NCBI GenBank assembly: GCA_946546815.1
Contig: CAMNOL010000001.1
Location: 4,998-68,997 of the forward strand
Origin: an uncultured Oscillospiraceae bacterium
GTDB lineage: Bacteria; Bacillota; Clostridia; Oscillospirales; Oscillospiraceae
DNA: 64,000 nucleotides
Direction of reading: 5' to 3'
In this document: positions 55,908 to 64,000 of the stretch, piece by piece
Layout: every line of letters starts with the position of its first letter
Position numbering within the stretch: position 1 is the stretch's first letter
Program-made: the position numbers and the translations under genes
Notes under the pieces: generated by a model
The model's input: the letters and a program-made list of their open reading frames with translations, nothing else
What the model was told of the DNA's origin: nothing
Database searches by the model: none

Positions 55908-58002
55908 GGAGCGCAAAAACAGCTCCTTCCGCCGGGTGTTCTGGTGGACAATGGGGTATAACCGCGTTCTGACGTTTTTCTATACCATGTTTGTGGTGGG
56001 GGCGCTGCCTGTAGGGGTGCTTCTGGGCATTATTGGAAATCGGGATTACTACACCGACATGAGCAACTGGACGGAGAGCACACCGGAAGAAGTTGCGCAG
56101 ATGTTCGGGGACACGGTCCGCCAGAGCTTCAATGTCCAGCTCACCAGTCTTGTCATTCCCCTCGCTATTTTATTCCTGCTGGTGTGGTGTGCCCGAAACT
56201 TCAGCTATATGCACGGCCGCCGCAGCGTAGATTTGTTCCACGCCCTGCCCGTCCGGCGCACCCCCCTGTTTATGGGAACCTATGCAGCAGGACTGATTTC
56301 CATGCTGGTGCCCTTGGCGGTGTCTGTTGGCCTGACTGAGGTGGTCTGCGTGACGAATGGAATCCGCGGAGTAGCCGGCAGTCCCGCCCTGTTCTGGCAG
56401 GCGTTCGGCTTGATGGCGCTGACCATGACGGCCAGCATGACCTTCACCGTGTTCTTTATGGTGGTCAGCGGCAACCTGCTGAACTGGTTCCTGTCCGTTT
56501 CGGCGGTGGCGCTGGGCTGGCCGGTAATCTGCGCGATTGCCAACTTCACTATGTCCGCTTTCCTGCCGGGCTATGTCTCCGTGCTGCCCATGGCCCTGTA
56601 CACCGCGCTGAGCCCCTACTTTGCGGTGTACAGCATCATCCCCAACGGCATCTACTATATGCTCGCCAGCATACAGGACGGGAGTTACAGCGTGGAGCCT
56701 GATGGGGTAATCTACAACATTCCGGTGGAGTTTGTGATCTGGTGGGTGTGCTTTACCCTGCTGCTGCTGGCGCTGTCCGTGTTCTACTACGGCCGCCGGA
56801 AGAGCGAGTGCGCAGAGAACGCCTTCTCCTTCCCCGCTGCCCGTGGCGCAGTGCGCAGCCTGATGACCATCGGCGGCAGCCTGGGCCTGGGTCTGGTGGT
56901 TGGAACCCTTCTGGACAACAACACCGCTTATTTCGCCGGCATTGTCATTGGCGCAGTCGTGGCCCATACGGTGTTCCAGGTGGTCATCACCCGGGGCTTC
57001 CGCAGATTCTGGGTCACCATTCCCGCCTTTGTGGTGACCATGGCGCTGATTGGCGGCGGATTGTATACCCTTTACACCGGCGGTTTGGGCTACGTATCCC
57101 GGATTCCCCAGGCCGGAGATGTGGAGAGGGTGGACTTCACCCTGCCCAGTGTTCCCGGTGATGAGAGCAAGGAGTGTTATCTGGCGGTCAACAACGGCGG
57201 CGGAATAACGCTGCTGAACAAAGAGATGGAGTGGGAGGATCAGCTGACGCCGTATTTCTCCAAACAGGGAGATGTGGACGCCATGTGCCAGTTCCACAGC
57301 CAGGTGCTGACCAAGTACCCCGGTCCCTACCTGCCCTTTGGGAAGAAAATGGACTACAACAATATGCAGAACTTCACGGTGACGTACACCCTGAAGGATG
57401 GACGCACCTTACAGAGGGATTACACCCTGCCCCTTTATCAGGACGACGAGAATCTGCTCTCTGCGCTGGCCACGGTACAGAAGCTGCCCACCTATCAGAG
57501 CTATATCCTTTACTACTCCCTGAAAGCCGATCTGGTTCTCTCTCTGGATGTGTACAAGTATAACGAGAAATCGGAATACTCTGCCGGCAACAATGAGCTG
57601 ACTGCGGAACAAAAGAAGCAGGTTTGGGCCACATTCACCCAGGAGATGAACAGCCCTGACTTTTCTGAGCCGTCGGACCTGGTGACTGCGGAGGAAGCTG
57701 AGAAGGAATCCAACGCTGAGGCAGCGGAGGATGAGAATGGGATTTCCTCTGGCAGCAGTGATTCCTTCACCATCTCCTTTGACAGCATTCCCCTCGATCA
57801 GATCTCTCCAGAGATCCGGGCTCTGATTACAGAAGAGTATCAGCATCCCATTGTGGCTGTTGAAGGAATCTCTATCAACGTGCCCCAGTGCTGCACCAAA
57901 ACCCGGAAGCTGATCGATGACCTGACCAAGCAGAATGGCGAAACCTATTATTACAATGAAGACGAGGACCCTGCAGATGCAGGTCCCGCTGACGCCAGCT
58001 GA
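55882..58002 (+). CDS. ABC transporter permease with a large C-terminal extracytoplasmic domain
   Basis: Many TM segments, DLFHALPVRR motif, YGRRKSE...F; overlaps the ATPase gene. Confidence 0.85.
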   Translation: MTSTRSSREERKNSSFRRVFWWTMGYNRVLTFFYTMFVVGALPVGVLLGIIGNRDYYTDMSNWTESTPEEVAQMFGDTVRQSFNVQLTSLVIPLAILFLLVWCARNFSYMHGRRSVDLFHALPVRRTPLFMGTYAAGLISMLVPLAVSVGLTEVVCVTNGIRGVAGSPALFWQAFGLMALTMTASMTFTVFFMVVSGNLLNWFLSVSAVALGWPVICAIANFTMSAFLPGYVSVLPMALYTALSPYFAVYSIIPNGIYYMLASIQDGSYSVEPDGVIYNIPVEFVIWWVCFTLLLLALSVFYYGRRKSECAENAFSFPAARGAVRSLMTIGGSLGLGLVVGTLLDNNTAYFAGIVIGAVVAHTVFQVVITRGFRRFWVTIPAFVVTMALIGGGLYTLYTGGLGYVSRIPQAGDVERVDFTLPSVPGDESKECYLAVNNGGGITLLNKEMEWEDQLTPYFSKQGDVDAMCQFHSQVLTKYPGPYLPFGKKMDYNNMQNFTVTYTLKDGRTLQRDYTLPLYQDDENLLSALATVQKLPTYQSYILYYSLKADLVLSLDVYKYNEKSEYSAGNNELTAEQKKQVWATFTQEMNSPDFSEPSDLVTAEEAEKESNAEAAEDENGISSGSSDSFTISFDSIPLDQISPEIRALITEEYQHPIVAVEGISINVPQCCTKTRKLIDDLTKQNGETYYYNEDEDPADAGPADAS

Positions 58003-58078
58003 GGTTACTGATTCGGAGGAACCTGTAATGGATTGCTGCTGGGACGGATAACCTCTGCAACAGAATAGAGCAAAAACG

Positions 58079-58110
58079 AAGCGGACGTGCTCTCTGGGCA
58101 CGTCCGCTTT
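58079..58110. terminator. Terminator between convergent operons
   Basis: AAGCGGACGTGC/GCACGTCCGCTT. Confidence 0.75.
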
Positions 58111-58125
58111 GCCATCTGTGATGAA

Positions 58126-59361
58126 TTATTCTTTTTTTCTGGGCAGGGAAAAGAAAAAGGTGTTTCCTATCCCTTCGCTGCTCTCGGCCCAGAGTTTTCC
58201 CTGGTGTTCCTCCGCAATTTGGGCGGCGATGGACAGCCCCAGACCGAAGCCCTCCGAGCTGCGGGCCTGATCTGCCCGGTAAAACCGCTCGAAAATCCGT
58301 TTTAGCTGGTCTTGAGGGATGGGGTCTCCCTTTGTGTTTACACTGAGCCGCACCCGCTTTTGTCCCTCCGGCTTTAGACGGAGGGTGACAGTGCTGTGGG
58401 GAGCGGCGTATTTTTTGGCGTTGTCCAACAGAATGTCCACCAGACGGCGGAGCTTGGAGGGGTCACCGGTGACGGTGAGGTGTTCCGCAATCTCGTCCTC
58501 CAGTGTCTTTCCCGCCTCAAAGAGCGGGGCTTCAAAGAGCAGGACCTCGTCCGTCACCAATTCGCTGAAATCCACCTCTTCCCGGATTCGGTTTTTGGGG
58601 GACTGGTTGTCGGAGCGGGCCAGTGTCAGCAGCTCTTCCACCAGCTCTGTCATCTGGCCGGAGCTGGCCTTGATGTTGTCCACCCAGCGGGCTTCCCGTT
58701 CCCCCAGCCCTTCCCCATAGGTCTGCAGCATATCCACATTGGAAAGAATGACGGTGAGCGGCGTCTTCAGCTCATGGGAGGCGTCGGAGACAAACTGGCG
58801 CTGCTTTTTCCAGCTCTCTTCCACCGGGCCGGTGGCCCACCGCGCCAGCAGCACACTGATGAAGAAAAATACAATCAATGTCCCCGCAAAAATGATAATC
58901 AGGTGGTACAGCAGCGCCTGGAGGGTGCTGAGCTCCTGAGAGATATCCACGAAGGTAATGCGCCAGCCCAGCAGCTTTTCCTGACGCAGGTAGCGCAGGC
59001 GGAAGGCGGGCAGGGAACCCACGCTGCCGGATTCATCCATGCAGGCCTGCACAATGGACTTGAGCTGATCTGCGTCCGCCACCGCCCCGAACTGGTTGTC
59101 CAGCAGCACCACGCTGCCGTCTACCCCTACCATGACGCTGAAATAGGGCAGGTTGATTTCTTTGTCAGAAGTCCCATCCTCGTAGGAACGGGGCCAGCTG
59201 ATGGTGAAGTTTTCGTTTGCCGCCTGATAGAGCATGGAAATACTGTCTTTGCGCAGATTGTCCCGGGTGACTTCCAGCATCAGCACACCGATGGCGGTGA
59301 GAATCAGGGTGACGATGAGCATATTGATCAGGACAAATTTCCACCGAAGTTTGCGAATCAT
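58126..59361 (-). CDS. Sensor histidine kinase (2 TM, HisKA, HATPase)
   Basis: DASHELKTPL, ILLDNAKKY, IFERFYRAD, GFGLGLSIA. Confidence 0.95.
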   Translation of the reverse strand: MIRKLRWKFVLINMLIVTLILTAIGVLMLEVTRDNLRKDSISMLYQAANENFTISWPRSYEDGTSDKEINLPYFSVMVGVDGSVVLLDNQFGAVADADQLKSIVQACMDESGSVGSLPAFRLRYLRQEKLLGWRITFVDISQELSTLQALLYHLIIIFAGTLIVFFFISVLLARWATGPVEESWKKQRQFVSDASHELKTPLTVILSNVDMLQTYGEGLGEREARWVDNIKASSGQMTELVEELLTLARSDNQSPKNRIREEVDFSELVTDEVLLFEAPLFEAGKTLEDEIAEHLTVTGDPSKLRRLVDILLDNAKKYAAPHSTVTLRLKPEGQKRVRLSVNTKGDPIPQDQLKRIFERFYRADQARSSEGFGLGLSIAAQIAEEHQGKLWAESSEGIGNTFFFSLPRKKE

Positions 59362-60038
59362 GTTGCGGTCCCCTCTTCCAGCTGATAGCCCAGCATCCGG
59401 AGGGTTTTGATGGTGACCCGGCTGTTCAGATGGTGGAGCTTCCGCCGCAGCAGAGAGATGTACACCTCCACATTGTTGTCCTCGGCGTTGGATTCATAGC
59501 CCCACACCGACAGCAGCAGCGCCTCCTTGGTGACCACGGTGCTGCCGTTTGCAAGCAGCTTGGACAGAATTTCAAATTCCTTTTTACTCAGCCGAATGCT
59601 CTTCCCGCCGCAGCTCAACTGGCAGGAAGCCAGCTCCAGCCGCAGGTCTCCAAAGGTCAGGGCGTTGTCCTCCACGTTGCTCTGCCGCCGGGTGATGGCT
59701 CGGATGCAGGCCAGCAGCTCCTGGGTCTGGAAGGGCTTGGTCAGGTAGTAGTCGGCGCCTGCGTCCAGGCCGCTGACCCGGTCATCCAGCTGGGTCCGTG
59801 CGGTGAGCATCAGCACCGGGGTTTTGACGCCCTGAGCCCGCATGGTCCGGACAATTTCAAAGCCGTTCCGTTTGGGCAGCATCACATCCAGGATCACCGC
59901 ATCATAAATGCCGCTCAGCGCATTGTCCAGGCCGGACTCCCCGTCGTAGGACAGGTCTACGCTGTAATGCTGGGCGTCCATCAAATCGCCAAGGGTCTGT
60001 GCCAGCCGGCGCTCGTCCTCTACAATGAGAATACGCAT
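59358..60038 (-). CDS. OmpR/PhoB-family response regulator
   Basis: ILIVEDE, LDVMLP, GADYYLTKPF, VEVYISLLRRKL, RMLGY. Confidence 0.96.
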   Translation of the reverse strand: MRILIVEDERRLAQTLGDLMDAQHYSVDLSYDGESGLDNALSGIYDAVILDVMLPKRNGFEIVRTMRAQGVKTPVLMLTARTQLDDRVSGLDAGADYYLTKPFQTQELLACIRAITRRQSNVEDNALTFGDLRLELASCQLSCGGKSIRLSKKEFEILSKLLANGSTVVTKEALLLSVWGYESNAEDNNVEVYISLLRRKLHHLNSRVTIKTLRMLGYQLEEGTAT

Positions 60039-60227
60039 GCAAACCCTCCTTTCTGTTTCTGACGCTATTTTAATGCAAAAGCGGGAAGGCTTCAAGGGAG
60101 AAGTTCCTGCCCTGTCCCCAATCCAACAGGTTCTGTACCAAAAGGAAGAATAACTGCCTTCCCTGTCCGGCCGTGCAGACACACGCAAATCCGTTTTCTT
60201 CGGAAACGCTTTTACAGGGGTTATCCT

Positions 60228-60257
60228 AGTATAGCAACCTGAAAGGGAGCTGAAAGG
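60228..60257 (-). promoter_or_regulatory. Response-regulator promoter with an 11-bp-period CCTTTCAG direct repeat
   Basis: CTGAAAGG at 60239 and 60250 on the plus strand; minus-strand TG-C-TATACT at 60233-60228. Confidence 0.6.
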
Positions 60258-60391
60258 AAGTCCCCAGTCCCGCGATGTCCCGGTTTTGCATACACTGGGG
60301 GCAGAACAAAAGAACAAGGGCCCCAGTGGGGAGAACCCGATTTACAGCGGCGACACTTGCCAAATCGGAGAAAAATCCATACTGATCTGAG

Positions 60392-60409
60392 AGTGAGTTA
60401 AAACTAACC
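60392..60409. promoter_or_regulatory. Candidate DtxR/MntR-type operator upstream of the ZIP transporter
   Basis: AGTGAG-TTAAAA-CTAACC, an imperfect GTTAG-N6-CTAAC palindrome. Confidence 0.4.
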
Positions 60410-60439
60410 ATAGCGTTATGATGAAATGGAAGGGAAGGG

Positions 60440-61228
60440 ATGAATTTGAATATAGAAGCGGTTCGAGGAATTCTGCTGCCCTTTGCGGGAACAACGGCAG
60501 GCGCTGCCTGCGTGCTGTTCATGCGCAGACAGCTGAATCATCTGGTAGAGCGGACCCTGACGGGATTTGCCGCCGGGGTCATGGTGGCGGCATCTATTTG
60601 GAGCTTGCTGGAGCCGGCCATTCAGCAGGCGGAGGAAATGGGACAGGTGGCCTTTCTCCCGGCAGTGGTGGGATTCTGGGCAGGCGTGTTGTTTCTGCTG
60701 GTGCTGGACGAGGTGATTCCTCACCTGCACATGGACAGTGACGAGCCGGAGGGAATGCCGGCTCGGCTGAAACGGACCACCATGCTGGTGCTGGCGGTGA
60801 CGCTGCACAACATTCCGGAAGGAATGGCGGTGGGGGTGGTGTATGCCGGTCTGATCAACGGCAGCACGGGCATCACAACAGCCGGAGCGCTGGCGCTGTC
60901 TCTGGGCATTGCCATACAGAATTTCCCGGAAGGGGCCATCATTTCCATGCCCCTCCGGGCGGACGGAATGGGAAAGGGCCTGGCTTTCGTCTGTGGGACC
61001 CTGTCCGGCGTTGTGGAGCCCATTGCGGCGGTGCTGACAATTCTGGCAGCCGGATGGGTGCTGCCCCTGCTTCCCTATTTTCTCAGCTTTGCCGCCGGAG
61101 CGATGATGTATGTGGTGGTGGAAGAACTGGTTCCGGAAATGTCCTCCGGAACGCATTCCAATCTGGGCACGCTGGCTTTTGCCCTTGGTTTTACACTGAT
61201 GATGGGGTTGGATGTGGGTTTGGGGTAA
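60440..61228 (+). CDS. ZIP-family (ZupT/GufA) metal transporter
   Basis: GFAAGVMVAASIWSLL, HLH loop, LHNIPEG, IQNFPEG, SGVVEP, FAAGAM. Confidence 0.93.
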   Translation: MNLNIEAVRGILLPFAGTTAGAACVLFMRRQLNHLVERTLTGFAAGVMVAASIWSLLEPAIQQAEEMGQVAFLPAVVGFWAGVLFLLVLDEVIPHLHMDSDEPEGMPARLKRTTMLVLAVTLHNIPEGMAVGVVYAGLINGSTGITTAGALALSLGIAIQNFPEGAIISMPLRADGMGKGLAFVCGTLSGVVEPIAAVLTILAAGWVLPLLPYFLSFAAGAMMYVVVEELVPEMSSGTHSNLGTLAFALGFTLMMGLDVGLG

Positions 61229-61231
61229 ATT

Positions 61232-61272
61232 ATTACTGGGGCAATTCAATCATCGCCCCAGTAATCAATATT
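61232..61272 (+). terminator. Terminator after the ZIP gene
   Basis: ATTACTGGGGC/GCCCCAGTAAT. Confidence 0.6.
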
Positions 61273-61539
61273 TTAAAGCCGTTTTGCTCGCTCCTCCCGG
61301 GGCAACCGCAAAACATGGCAATGATTACTCCGGCAAGTTCACGTTTTTAAATTGGAATACGATTGTTTAGTTGCCGGAGTAATCAATGATGGTTTTATGA
61401 GTGGTGATTGAAAAAACATCCCTTTTGTGATAAGGTTGAGACAATGCAAAACGAATCCCCCGGCAGTTCTACCAGGGCCGGTTCTGACAATTGGATCACG
61501 TTTTGCACAGACGCCTGTGAAAAAGGGGGCATACCTCAA

Positions 61540-62898
61540 ATGAAAAGACTGATTTCTTTGCTTTTGGCCGCGGCGCTTTGTGCCGGTCTTGCAGGCTGCA
61601 GCGACCACTATGAGCGTCAAAAGCGAAAGGAAGCGCTGGACGAACTGAACGGCTACACCACCATAGATTATTCCCTGAAGGACGGATCCCGGCTGGAACA
61701 GACGGTGATTTATGAGAAAGAGGGAATCAAAGTCACGATTCTCGGCATGAAGGAGGACGATTACAGCATCTGCCTCTGGGCCAGACTGGAGAACGGCAGT
61801 GACCGCAAGGTGCGCTTCAGCGTGGAAGACCTGGTGGCGGACAGCTGGGAGATCAACGGATCCCTCTGGCTGGAGGCAGAAAAGGGCGGCATCGACCGAA
61901 AGTGCGCTTATCTGGATGCCGACGAGCTGGCGACGGTAGCCCCCGAAGGATTTGGGACGCTCACGGTGAACGGAACGGTGATGGACGAGGAGTATCAAAC
62001 TCTGGACAGAGTATCCGCTCAGCTGAAAGTCACCGGGGGCGGAACCGCCATGGAAACGCCGGAGCTGCAGGGGCAGGTGCTCTATGACGATATGGGGGTG
62101 CATCTGGAGTACCTGGGCGTTGCCGGCAGCAGATATTCCAAATATTTGCAGTTTTATGTCAAAAACGACCGGGATGCCCCGGTAAATCTGAGAAATGATG
62201 ACGGCGTATTTGCACAGGGCAGGTACGGGGAAGTGAAGCTGACCAGCGGAATTTATGAGCGCATTGGGGCGGGGCATAAACGCATTGTGATGATCTGGAT
62301 GGACGATTCCCAGCTAAACGGACAGACTCTGTCTGAACTGCCTGTGAAGCTGAATCTGGATCTGGTGGATTCAGAGTATTACTCCTCCATTGCCGAGCTG
62401 CGGGATGTGGAGCTGAACACGGGTGTGAATGCGGCATCTGAGACCGACACGGAAAGCAGTGCGGGGCAGGTGCTCTACGATATGGGCGGCATCAGGCTGA
62501 CCTATCTGGGAACCTCCGATGACGAAGGTGACACAGAATTCCTGTTTCTGGCAGAAAACAACCGAAAAGAGCCGGTGAGCATGGAGAGTGTGGAAGGAAT
62601 CATCTGGGAAGACAGCGAGGGAATGTCTTATGAGCTGACCGACTCCATCGATGTGTCATTGGAACCCGGCGCTGCTGAAATGATCCCCCTTTCTGCAGAC
62701 CCCGATCTGTGGGAGCAGTACGGGGAGGGTGCGGGAACCCTTAGCATCTCCGAGCTGAGCATCGTCAACGAAGACAGCGGCGAGGAGATTGACTGGCTGA
62801 CGGATGTTGTTCTGGAAGCGGTGTCCGTTGAGCAGGATCCCCCTGAGGAAACAGAGCCTGCAGAAGAATCGACGATAGAAGAAGCTGTCAGCGCCTGA
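61540..62898 (+). CDS. Acidic lipoprotein with three internal repeat domains
   Basis: Lipobox LAG-C; repeats starting QTVIYEKEGIKVTILG, GQVLYDDMGVHLEYLG and GQVLYDMGGIRLTYLG. Confidence 0.82.
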   Translation: MKRLISLLLAAALCAGLAGCSDHYERQKRKEALDELNGYTTIDYSLKDGSRLEQTVIYEKEGIKVTILGMKEDDYSICLWARLENGSDRKVRFSVEDLVADSWEINGSLWLEAEKGGIDRKCAYLDADELATVAPEGFGTLTVNGTVMDEEYQTLDRVSAQLKVTGGGTAMETPELQGQVLYDDMGVHLEYLGVAGSRYSKYLQFYVKNDRDAPVNLRNDDGVFAQGRYGEVKLTSGIYERIGAGHKRIVMIWMDDSQLNGQTLSELPVKLNLDLVDSEYYSSIAELRDVELNTGVNAASETDTESSAGQVLYDMGGIRLTYLGTSDDEGDTEFLFLAENNRKEPVSMESVEGIIWEDSEGMSYELTDSIDVSLEPGAAEMIPLSADPDLWEQYGEGAGTLSISELSIVNEDSGEEIDWLTDVVLEAVSVEQDPPEETEPAEESTIEEAVSA

Positions 62899-62930
62899 GC
62901 TGTCCGAAAATAGTGGAAGAAGAAACAACG

Positions 62931-62961
62931 AACCCCCTTCTTGGATCAAAAGAAGGGGGTT
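62931..62961. terminator. Terminator
   Basis: AACCCCCTTCTT/AAGAAGGGGGTT. Confidence 0.7.
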
Positions 62962-63042
62962 GCCTGTTTCAAATCAAGCTTGCCGATTTACCTGAAACAG
63001 CTGAGCAACACTGTTTTCACAGAGGAGGAGCCAGTCTGTGAC

Positions 63043-63936
63043 TTATTCTGATTGGTTCATTGAGAGTTTTTCCAGAAAGGCGTGTACAATGGCCGCATAT
63101 TTCTCCGGGGCAGTGAGTACCGACTGGGCGTGCCCGGCGCCGGGAATCAGGTGAAGCTCCTTGGGGCCCTGAGCCGCCTGGTAAAGCCGCCGGCTGTTTT
63201 CCGGGGAAATGAAGTTGTCCGCCGCTCCGTGGAGCAGCAACAGCGGCACCTGACTGTTTTTCAGTGCGTCAATGGGACGCATTTCCGAAAAGGCGTACCC
63301 ATACCGCAGTTTTGCCCACAGAGACGCCCAGCCCACTGCCGGCGCCGGGGCTCTGGTCCGGAGAACGTTTTCAATGTCTGCAAAGGGGCAGTCTGCAACG
63401 GCAAACGCCACCTGGGGGCCGTATTGCAGAGCGGCAATGGTGGAAGCTGCGCCCAGAGACTCCCCGTGAAGGCCCAGGGTGATTTCCGCGCCGTAACGGG
63501 AATATGAGTCTTTGATGATCTCATACAGATCCTTGCCTTCCCGGATGCTGTAGGTGCAGAAGGTGGGCGCATTTTCTCCGTGTCCCCGCAGGTCGTACAG
63601 GATGCAGTGAAAGCCCTTGTCCAGGTACAGCCTGGCGTATTTCAGCGCGCCATACCGGTTGTCGGTGTAGCCGTGGGTGAGGATGACGTAACGATTGCTC
63701 TCCTCCGGACACCGGCATAGCAGACAATGCAGCTCATAACCGTCATAAGAGGGCACGAGGTAAGATTCCGTTTCCAGCCGGTCAAACCAGCTCAGGTCAT
63801 AGTGGTCCCTCTGCCACTGCAGCGCCTCTTCCAGCGTCTGGCGCGTGCCGTTCATGGTATAGGAGGAGAGAAACAGACCGCCGGCGGTGAGCAGTGATGC
63901 AGCGCCAATGGTTGCTGCTGCGATTGTCTTTTTCAT
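63043..63936 (-). CDS. Alpha/beta hydrolase (YqkD-like) with an N-terminal anchor
   Basis: THGY, YDLRGHG, nucleophile elbow GESLG, HGAADNFI, GAGH. Confidence 0.9.
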   Translation of the reverse strand: MKKTIAAATIGAASLLTAGGLFLSSYTMNGTRQTLEEALQWQRDHYDLSWFDRLETESYLVPSYDGYELHCLLCRCPEESNRYVILTHGYTDNRYGALKYARLYLDKGFHCILYDLRGHGENAPTFCTYSIREGKDLYEIIKDSYSRYGAEITLGLHGESLGAASTIAALQYGPQVAFAVADCPFADIENVLRTRAPAPAVGWASLWAKLRYGYAFSEMRPIDALKNSQVPLLLLHGAADNFISPENSRRLYQAAQGPKELHLIPGAGHAQSVLTAPEKYAAIVHAFLEKLSMNQSE

Positions 63937-64000
63937 AGGGAGCCTCCTGTCTGTTGACTGGCTGTTTGAAATGTGCTTTTTTGTGCAGCACAGACGCCCA

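Noticed and set aside
35884-63215. Two-mismatch NBS-like sequences inside mutY, wecE and the hydrolase gene
   Set aside because: Expected by chance in GC-rich coding DNA; none is a full match.

Overview
Chromosomal origin region of a GC-rich Clostridia-class Firmicute. Placement in an Oscillospiraceae/Ruminococcaceae-like lineage is inferred from gene content and protein style. Core: dnaA-dnaN-yaaA-recF-remB-gyrB-gyrA-rnhA on the minus strand and rpmH-rnpA-yidD-yidC-jag on the plus strand. oriC (DnaA-trios plus non-canonical TT[T/C]TCCACA boxes) lies between dnaA and dnaN. The left block (plus strand) carries noc-soj-spo0J with parS sites, serS, mscL, rsmG, minD-mgsA, an Asp-specific T-box with hisS-aspS, and gap. 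The right side carries yaaO-holB-ricT, an HD/PAP2/NUDIX operon ending in a secreted beta-helix protein, tRNA-Leu(TAG), mutY plus a radical SAM gene, a six-gene amino-sugar/undecaprenyl surface-modification operon, an orphan type II topoisomerase B subunit, rpsF-ssb-rpsR, a lexA-ogt operon, a SecB-like gene, a YtrA/GntR-ABC operon, an OmpR-family two-component system, a ZIP transporter, lipoproteins and an alpha/beta hydrolase. No CRISPR, rRNA, integrase or transposase is visible. Best leads: (1) the Arn/ECA-like operon with an acyltransferase-YfhO fusion and an adenylate-forming ligase; (2) two promoters about 4.5 kb apart with the same 18-bp direct-repeat site, -35/-10 and YtrA operator at identical spacing; (3) MinD without a membrane-targeting tail next to a catalytically degenerate MgsA; (4) a chimeric NBS/parS site between noc and soj; (5) a 151-bp duplication of the gap 3' end around a palindrome cassette. 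No searches or computations were run, so all family calls rest on motifs recognised by eye.
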